Of a stretch of 64,000 nucleotides of DNA, positions 54,412 through 64,000 are shown in pieces. The DNA is taken from assembly GCA_963826115.1 (NCBI GenBank), contig CAWGVS010000007.1:96001-160000 (forward strand). Direction: 5' to 3'. Position 1 is the stretch's first letter; the number at the start of each line of letters is the position of its first letter. The notes under the pieces were generated by a model that had not been told where the DNA came from, made no database searches, and worked only from the letters and a program-made list of their open reading frames with translations. This stretch comes from an uncultured Candidatus Rokubacteria bacterium. Its GTDB lineage: Bacteria > Methylomirabilota > Methylomirabilia > Rokubacteriales > DASRDR01. The position numbers were made by a program, and so were the translations under genes.

Positions 54412-55223
54412 ACGCGCCGCCGCGCGTCCGCGTCGAGGTCCGCGACCTCGAGAAGACCTTCGCGGCGCGCGGGCGGGCCGTCCGCGCCGTCGAGCGCGTC
54501 TCGTTCGACGTCCTCGACCGGGAGTTCGTCGCCCTGGTCGGACCCTCCGGCTGCGGCAAGTCCACCGTCCTCAACATGATCGCGGGCCTCGTCGCGCCGA
54601 CGGGCGGCGCGATCCGGCTGGACGGGCGTGCGCACGAGGGCGTGCCGCCGGAAGTCGGGTACGTGTTCCAGAAGGACACCGTCTTCCCCTGGCGCACCGT
54701 CGCCCAGAACGTCGAGCTGGGGCTGGCGTACCGTGGCGTCCCGCGCGCCGAGCGCGAGCGGCGGGTCCGGGAGGCGATCCGCCTGGCGGGGCTCGAGGGG
54801 TTCGAGGACGCGTTCCCGGCGACCCTGTCGGGGGGCATGCGCCAGCGCGTGGCGCTGATCCGCACGCTCGTGGTGGAGCCCGCGATCCTCCTGATGGACG
54901 AGCCGTTCGGGGCCCTCGACACCCACACCAAGCTGCGGCTCCAGGCGCAGCTCCTGGCGCTCTGGGCCGGGCGGCGGCAGACGGTCGTCTTCGTGACGCA
55001 CGACCTGGCGGAGGCGATCACGCTGGCCGACCGGATCATCGTCCTGACGAGCCGCCCCGGGCGCGTCAAGCACGTGCACCAGGTGAAGCTGCCGCGCCCC
55101 CGCGACGTCTTCCGCATCCGCGAGACGGACGAGTACGCCCGCGAGTTCGGAGCGCTCTGGCACGTGCTCGGCGAGGAGCTCGCGAAACCGGAGGCGCGCG
55201 ACGAGCCCCGGGGGGCGGCGTGA
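54405..55223 (+). CDS. ABC transporter ATP-binding protein (TauB/SsuB-like); start codon non-canonical or uncertain
   Basis: GPSGCGKST, LSGGMRQR, LLMDEPFGALD, FVTHD. Confidence 0.9.
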   Translation: MVDAPPRVRVEVRDLEKTFAARGRAVRAVERVSFDVLDREFVALVGPSGCGKSTVLNMIAGLVAPTGGAIRLDGRAHEGVPPEVGYVFQKDTVFPWRTVAQNVELGLAYRGVPRAERERRVREAIRLAGLEGFEDAFPATLSGGMRQRVALIRTLVVEPAILLMDEPFGALDTHTKLRLQAQLLALWAGRRQTVVFVTHDLAEAITLADRIIVLTSRPGRVKHVHQVKLPRPRDVFRIRETDEYAREFGALWHVLGEELAKPEARDEPRGAA

Positions 55224-56038
55224 GCGACCGCGCGCGCGTGAATCTGTGGCGGCTCGCGATCCTGGTCGTGTTCCTGGGCCTGTGGGAAGGACTGACCCAC
55301 CCGGCGGTCACGAAGTCGGTTTCCCGGATGGTCTACTTCGTGGACCCTTTCTTCATCAGCCGCCCGTCGGCGATCTGGGCCCGGTTCTGGCACCTGAACT
55401 CCGGCGCCGTCCGGGTACCGCTCTGGCGCCTCCTGGGCTCCACCCTCGAGTCCACGGTGCTCGGGTTCGTCGTGGGCGTCGCGAGCGGATTCGTGGCGGG
55501 CCTGGTGCTCGGACGGAACGGCCGGCTGGCCGCGGTCCTCCACCCCTACATCGTGGCGTTCAACTCGCTGCCCCGGATCGCGCTGGTGCCGCTCGTCACG
55601 ATGGTCTTCGGCTTCGGGCTCCTCGCCAAGGTGGTGCTCGCCTGGCTGATCGTCTTCTTCATCGTGTTCTTCAACACGTTCCAGGGCGCCCGCGGGGTGG
55701 ACCCGGACCTCATCCACGCCGCGCGTTTCCTGGGCGCCTCCGAGCGCCAGGTGATGCGGTCCGTGATCGTGCCGTCGGCGCTCGCCTGGACGTTCGCCTC
55801 CCTCACGCCGTCGGTGTCGTTCGCGCTGATCGGCGTCGTGATCGGCGAGTTCATCGGTGGGGAGTCGGGAGGCGGCATCGGCTACCTCATCATCGCCTCC
55901 CTCGGCAGCCTGAACGCCGCCGACATGATGGTGGCGCTCTTCGTGCTCGGCCTGACCGGCATCGTCCTCGCGCTCGGCATCCACCAGGTCGAGGCGCGCC
56001 TCCTCCGCTGGCGCCCCGAGCACCAGGCGCGTGGCTGA
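55220..56038 (+). CDS. ABC transporter permease (TauC/SsuC-like)
   Basis: NSLPRIALVP, EAA-like loop LIHAARFLGAS, IGEFIG..GIGY. Confidence 0.92.
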   Translation: MSDRARVNLWRLAILVVFLGLWEGLTHPAVTKSVSRMVYFVDPFFISRPSAIWARFWHLNSGAVRVPLWRLLGSTLESTVLGFVVGVASGFVAGLVLGRNGRLAAVLHPYIVAFNSLPRIALVPLVTMVFGFGLLAKVVLAWLIVFFIVFFNTFQGARGVDPDLIHAARFLGASERQVMRSVIVPSALAWTFASLTPSVSFALIGVVIGEFIGGESGGGIGYLIIASLGSLNAADMMVALFVLGLTGIVLALGIHQVEARLLRWRPEHQARG

Positions 56039-58724
56039 GGCGCGGCGGCCCGCGCCGGACGCGGGCCCGCCGGCGCGCGGCGCGCCGCCCGGGCCAGGCC
56101 TCGCACGGGGTGTCCGGCAGAGCGTGCTGGTCGTCTTGCTCCTCGTCGGGCTGGCGATCGTCCTCACCTGGCCCGTCGCGGCGCGCCTCGGCGACGGCGT
56201 CGCCGACCTCGGGGATCCCCTGCTGACGACGTGGATCCTGGCGTGGGACGTCCACGCGCTGGCGAGCGCGCCCCTCCGCTTCTTCGACGCGAACATGCTC
56301 TACCCGCGGCGCCAGGCGCTCGCCTACACCGAGCACCTCGTGGGGCTCGTGCCGCTGGCCGCCCCCGCGCGCCTCCTCGGCGCGCCGCCCCTGCTCGCTC
56401 ACAACCTGGTCTGGCTGGCGACGTTCCCCCTGACCGGCCTCACGATGTTCTGGCTCGTCCGGCACCTGACGGGCGCGGCGGGGCCGGCCGCGGTGGCCGC
56501 GGTGCTCTACGCCTTCTCCCACTTCCGCTTCGGCCAGCTGGGCCACGTCCAGGTGCTGAGCCATCAGTGGCTCCCCCTCCTGCTCCTCGGCCTCCATCGC
56601 GCCGCGCGGAGCGGCGGCCGATGGCGGGACGTCGGGCTCGCGGCGGGCGCGTTCGCGCTCCAGGCGCTGTCGTCGGGCTACCAGGCCTTCTTCGCGGCGA
56701 TCGCGGGCGGCCTCTTCGTGGCGTGGCTCGCCGGGCCGTCCACGCGGCCGCCGCTCGGTCGCCTCGCCGCCCGCGGCGCGATCGCCGGCGCCGTGGTCGC
56801 GCTGGTGCTCCTGCCCTTCTTCCTGCCGTACCGCGCGTCACGCGAGGAGATCGCGCGCGCCCGGAACCCGCGGGAGATCGAGTACTACATGGCGTGGCCG
56901 GCCGCCTACCTGGCGGCGCCGGTGGACAACCGGTGGCTCGGCGACGCCACGGCCCCCTTCCGGCGGCGCGAGGCGGTCCTGTTCCCGGGCGTGGTGGCGC
57001 TCGCGCTCGCCCTCGCGGGCGCGACCCTGGCGGGACGGCCGCGGCGGGAGGCCGCGCCGCGCGCCCCGGCGCCCGGCGGGCGCTGGCCCGTGGCGCTCGA
57101 CGTGGCGCTGAGCGTCGTCACGCTCGTGACCCTCGCCAACTGGCTCCTCGTCGGCGGGATCGCCGTGCGCCTGGGTCCGCTCCGCGTCTCGCAGCGCAGC
57201 TTCGGCTGGGCCTTCGCGGCGCTCGCCCTCGCGTTCCTCGCGCGGCGGATCGTCCGGGGCGGGCCGGCGCCGGTCCGCGGGCTCGGCTGGCTCCGACGGC
57301 TCGCGTGGCCCGAGGCCCGCGGCTACTACGTCGCGCTCGTGCTCGTCGGCGTGCTCGCGTCCTTCGGGCCGTGGCTCGACCTCGGCGCGCACCGCGTCCA
57401 GCCGCTCTACCAGCAGCTCCGCGCGATCCTGCCGGGCTTCGACGCCCTCCGCGTCCCCGGACGCTTCGGGGTCCTGGTGACGACCGGGCTCGCGGTCCTG
57501 GCGGGGCTCGGCGCCGCCGCGCTCGTGCGACGGATTCCCCGGCCGGTGGCGCGGGCCGCCGCGCTCGCGGCGGTCGGCGTCCTGGCCGCGCTCGAAGCGT
57601 GGGCGACGCCGCTCCCCCTGGTGAGCGTGGCGACCGAGCCGGGACCGGTCGACCGCTGGCTCGCCGCCCGGCCGGGCCCGGACGCGGTGGCGGTGCTCCC
57701 GATGTACGAGCCGCACGCCGTCCACCTCGAGAGCGTGAGGCTCTTCGCCTCGACCGCGCACTGGCATCCGCTGGTGAACGGCTACGCCGGCGTCCTGCCG
57801 CCGGGGTACGCGGAGGACGCGGAGATCCTGAACACCTTCCCGTCGCCGGCCGCCGTCGCGCGGCTCCGCGAGCTCCGCGTGCGCTACGTGGTCGTGTACC
57901 TCGGCCAGTACCGGGAGGAGGTGCGCCCGGAGCTCGACGCCGCCCTCCAGGCGCTCCCCGCGGGAGTGACCCGCGTGGCAAGCTTCGAGCAGGCGCGGAT
58001 CTACGAGATCGGCCCCGCGGGGCCGCGCGCGTCAGGCGACGCGGGTGGTGCGGACGAAGGCCCGCGACCGCGCCAGCGCGTCGGAGTCGGCGAGCCCGGC
58101 CGCCTCCAGCGCGTCGAAGCAGTCGGAGATCGTGAGCACGGCGTGGAGCCGGTAACCCTTCTGGGCGAGCCGCTCACGCGCGCCCTGCTCCCGATCGATC
58201 AGGACCACCAGGTCCTCCACCACGAGGCCGGCGGCCTCGAGCGGCGCGATCGCCTCGAGCTTCGACGCGCCGTCGGTGACGATGTCGTCGATCACCACGA
58301 CGCGCTCGCCGGCCTGGAACGTCCCCTCGATCCGTCGTCGGGTGCCGTACGCCTTCTCCTCGCGCCGCGGGTAGACGAGCGGCACGCCGCCCGCCAGGCT
58401 CGCGGCCACCGCCAGCGGCAGCCCCGCGTACGGGATGCCCGCGATCCGGTCCACCCGACAGCGCGCGACCGCGGCAGCGAGGAGGCGGCCGACCTGGCCC
58501 AGCACGTCCGGATGCGAGATCACGACCCGCAGATCGATGTAGAAGGGCGAGGTCATCCCGGACTTCAGCACGAACTCGCCGAAGCGGACGCCGCCGATCT
58601 CGTGGAGCCGGCGCACGAGCGCGGCCGCGCCGGAGTCGCTCACGCGCCGAGCTCGGCGAGGATCGCGGCCGCCGCGGCGGCCGGGTCGGCGGCGCCGGTG
58701 ATCGGCCGGCCCACGACCAGGTAG
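56031..58724 (+). CDS. Polytopic membrane protein, YfhO-like/GT-C-like putative glycosyltransferase; ORF runs on antisense through pyrE
   Basis: [32 protein letters not shown]; recognisable homology ends near 58020 but the first stop is at 58724. Confidence 0.75.
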   Translation: MAEARRPAPDAGPPARGAPPGPGLARGVRQSVLVVLLLVGLAIVLTWPVAARLGDGVADLGDPLLTTWILAWDVHALASAPLRFFDANMLYPRRQALAYTEHLVGLVPLAAPARLLGAPPLLAHNLVWLATFPLTGLTMFWLVRHLTGAAGPAAVAAVLYAFSHFRFGQLGHVQVLSHQWLPLLLLGLHRAARSGGRWRDVGLAAGAFALQALSSGYQAFFAAIAGGLFVAWLAGPSTRPPLGRLAARGAIAGAVVALVLLPFFLPYRASREEIARARNPREIEYYMAWPAAYLAAPVDNRWLGDATAPFRRREAVLFPGVVALALALAGATLAGRPRREAAPRAPAPGGRWPVALDVALSVVTLVTLANWLLVGGIAVRLGPLRVSQRSFGWAFAALALAFLARRIVRGGPAPVRGLGWLRRLAWPEARGYYVALVLVGVLASFGPWLDLGAHRVQPLYQQLRAILPGFDALRVPGRFGVLVTTGLAVLAGLGAAALVRRIPRPVARAAALAAVGVLAALEAWATPLPLVSVATEPGPVDRWLAARPGPDAVAVLPMYEPHAVHLESVRLFASTAHWHPLVNGYAGVLPPGYAEDAEILNTFPSPAAVARLRELRVRYVVVYLGQYREEVRPELDAALQALPAGVTRVASFEQARIYEIGPAGPRASGDAGGADEGPRPRQRVGVGEPGRLQRVEAVGDREHGVEPVTLLGEPLTRALLPIDQDHQVLHHEAGGLERRDRLELRRAVGDDVVDHHDALAGLERPLDPSSGAVRLLLAPRVDERHAARQARGHRQRQPRVRDARDPVHPTARDRGSEEAADLAQHVRMRDHDPQIDVEGRGHPGLQHELAEADAADLVEPAHERGRAGVAHAPSSARIAAAAAAGSAAPVIGRPTTR
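58032..58643 (-). CDS. pyrE: Orotate phosphoribosyltransferase
   Basis: [21 protein letters not shown]...[17 protein letters not shown] motif. Confidence 0.95.
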   Translation of the reverse strand: MSDSGAAALVRRLHEIGGVRFGEFVLKSGMTSPFYIDLRVVISHPDVLGQVGRLLAAAVARCRVDRIAGIPYAGLPLAVAASLAGGVPLVYPRREEKAYGTRRRIEGTFQAGERVVVIDDIVTDGASKLEAIAPLEAAGLVVEDLVVLIDREQGARERLAQKGYRLHAVLTISDCFDALEAAGLADSDALARSRAFVRTTRVA

Positions 58725-59370
58725 TCGGCGCCGGCCCGCGCCGCCGCCGCGGGCGTGGCGATCCGGGCCTGGTCGTCCGCGCCGGCGGCCGGGAGTCGGA
58801 TCCCCGGCGTGACGATCAGCGCCGCCGGCCCGAGGGCGGCCCGCAGGCGCGCCGCCTCGCGGGGCGAGGCCACCACGCCGTCGCACCCGGCGGCGCGCGC
58901 CAGGCCCGCGAGGTGCACCGCGTGCCCCTCCACGCTCATGGGGACGCCCAGCTCCCGGTGGAGCGCCGCGCGGTCGAGGCTCGTCAGGACCGTCACCGCC
59001 ACGATCCGTGGCCGCTCCGCGCCGGCGGCCTGCGCGGCCTTCGCCGCCGCCGCCAGCATCGCGCTGCCGCCCGCCGCGTGGACGGTCAGGAGCCCGACGC
59101 CGAGCCGCGTCGCCGCCTCCACCGCGCCGGCCACCGTCGCCGGGATGTCGTGGTACTTGAGGTCCAGGAAGACGCGACTGCCGCGCTTCCGGACCATCTC
59201 CACCGCGGCAGGGCCGGCGGCGGTGAAGAGCACGCTCCCCACCTTGAAGTGCGTCGCCACGCCGGCGAGGCGCTCCACGAGCGCCTCCGCCGCGGCGAGG
59301 TCGACCGTGTCGAGGGCGACGATCAGCCGGTCGCGCGCCGCACGCGCTGCGGGGCCCGCTCCGCCGCCGC

Positions 59371-59374
<4 letters not shown>
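58640..59374 (-). CDS. pyrF: Orotidine-5'-phosphate decarboxylase
   Basis: [44 protein letters not shown]. Confidence 0.97.
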
Positions 59375-62583
<3,209 letters not shown>

Positions 62584-62847
62584 CTATTCCAGCAGGCCGT
62601 AGACGATGGAAACGCCGGCGGGCGCCTCCTCGCGACGGACCAGGAACTCGACCAGCGGCGCCGTGCCCAGGAACTGCACCTCTCCCGCGCCGGTCAGCCG
62701 CTCGCCGAACAGGCCGAGCCGCCGGTCCACCCGCTCGCGGATCGCGTGGGCCTCGAGCGCCGCGGGCGACTCGGTCGTGAAGGAGGCCCACTCGGGCTTC
62801 TGCCCGGTCTCCTCGGTCTTCCGATACGCGATGAAGTACTTGGGCAT
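62584..62847 (-). CDS. Hypothetical protein (87 aa) between carA and carB
   Basis: Fills the carA-carB gap exactly (4 nt after the carA stop, TAG-ATG abutting carB); GC3-biased codons. Confidence 0.75.
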   Translation of the reverse strand: MPKYFIAYRKTEETGQKPEWASFTTESPAALEAHAIRERVDRRLGLFGERLTGAGEVQFLGTAPLVEFLVRREEAPAGVSIVYGLLE

Positions 62848-62851
62848 TCCG

Positions 62852-63991
62852 TCACCTGCCTCTCGACTGCGTGAGGAGCTGGACGAACCGGCCGAACAGG
62901 TAGTGCGAGTCGTGCGGCCCCGGGGCCGCCTCGGGATGGTACTGGACGGAGAAGACGGGAAGCGTCCGGTGGCGCAGACCCTCGCACGTGCCGTCGTTCA
63001 GGTTCGTGTGGGTGACCTCGAAGCCGGCCGCCGCGGCCGACTCCGGGTCCACCGCGAACCCATGGTTCTGGGAGGTGATCTCCACCCGGCCCGTCGCGCC
63101 GTCCTTCACCGGGTGGTTCGCGCCATGGTGCCCGAAGGGCAGCTTGTAGGTCCGCGCCCCGAGCGCGAGCGCCACGATCTGCTGGCCAAGACAGATCCCG
63201 AACGTCGGCAGTCCCCGCGCGGTCAACCGCCGCACCGACTCGCTGAGGTAGGGCACGCCCTCGGGGTCGCCGGGGCCATTGGCGAGGAAGAGCCCGTCGG
63301 GCGCGAGCGCGAGCACCTCGTCCGCCGACGCGAAGGCCGGCACGACGGTCACGCGGCAGCCCGCGGCCGTCAGCTGCCGGAGGATGTTCCGCTTGATCCC
63401 CGAGTCGTACGCGACCACGTGGAAGCGCGCGGGCGGCGCCGGCGCGTAGCCCTGCCCGAGGCGCCACTCCGCCTCGCGCCACTCGTAGGGCGCCGGGCAC
63501 GTGACCTCCTTCACCAGGTCCCGCCCGACGAGCCCGGGCGAGGCCTTGGCCCGGGCGACGACGGCCCGCGCGTCGACGTCGCCCGTCGCGATCACGCCGT
63601 CCTGCGCCCCGCGGTCGCGGACGTGGCGGGTGAGCGCGCGGGTGTCGATCCCCTGGATCCCCACGATCCCGTGCGCCCGGAGGTACTCGTCGAGGGTCGC
63701 CGTCGCCCGCCAGGACGCCGCCACCGGCGACGCCTCGCGGACCACGAAGCCCTCCGCCCACGGGCGGCGCGACTCCGGATCCTCGTCGTTGACGCCCGTG
63801 TTGCCGATGTGGGGGTAGGTCATGCAGACGATCTGGCCCTTGTACGACGGGTCCGTCAGGATCTCCTGGTAGCCGCTCATGGCGGTGTTGAACACGACCT
63901 CGCCCACCGCCTCGCCGCGGGCGCCGAGGGGCTCCCCCTCGAAGACCCGGCCGTCGGCCAGCGCCAGGATCGCGCGCGCTCGCCCCGTCAC
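62852..63991 (-). CDS. carA: Carbamoyl-phosphate synthase small subunit
   Basis: [32 protein letters not shown] (catalytic Cys), HGANHP, SQNHGF, QYHPE. Confidence 0.97.
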   Translation of the reverse strand: MTGRARAILALADGRVFEGEPLGARGEAVGEVVFNTAMSGYQEILTDPSYKGQIVCMTYPHIGNTGVNDEDPESRRPWAEGFVVREASPVAASWRATATLDEYLRAHGIVGIQGIDTRALTRHVRDRGAQDGVIATGDVDARAVVARAKASPGLVGRDLVKEVTCPAPYEWREAEWRLGQGYAPAPPARFHVVAYDSGIKRNILRQLTAAGCRVTVVPAFASADEVLALAPDGLFLANGPGDPEGVPYLSESVRRLTARGLPTFGICLGQQIVALALGARTYKLPFGHHGANHPVKDGATGRVEITSQNHGFAVDPESAAAAGFEVTHTNLNDGTCEGLRHRTLPVFSVQYHPEAAPGPHDSHYLFGRFVQLLTQSRGR

Positions 63992-64000
63992 CGTCCGCCC

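Overview
Very GC-rich bacterial chromosome segment. Gene repertoire and style suggest Candidatus Rokubacteria/Methylomirabilota, but this is an inference. The housekeeping backbone lies mostly on the minus strand: carA-orf-carB-pyrF-pyrE; yicC-gmk-rpoZ-coaBC-udg-priA-def-fmt-rsmB-rpe-DUF72; ffh-rpsP-rimM-trmD-rplS-rnhB-DUF4238-ankyrin-yraN, and further on comM. The window also holds lon, Ku/LigD (NHEJ), an ABC transporter and a complete dedicated-sortase module (ChvG/ChvI-like two-component system, VIT-vWA target with an LPQGAT sorting signal, class GN sortase). The accessory material clusters around comM. (i) An ~11 kb surface-glycosylation island separates yraN from comM. (ii) A bacterial tyrosine-kinase-like gene with an unusual architecture (kinase, 44-aa tandem repeats, TM helix, external domain; no Tyr cluster) sits between the intact comM 3' end and a decayed duplicate of that 3' end. 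(iii) A GT2 + two radical-SAM operon follows. Other signals: a classical-looking leader-peptide attenuator with Trp/Phe/Phe/Tyr codons upstream of a PhyH dioxygenase, a helicase-degenerate PriA with a probable CTG start, a CoaBC lacking the canonical catalytic Cys, and two long convergent gene overlaps. No tRNA, rRNA, CRISPR array, integrase or transposase was recognised. All calls are by eye from motifs and synteny; no database searches were run.
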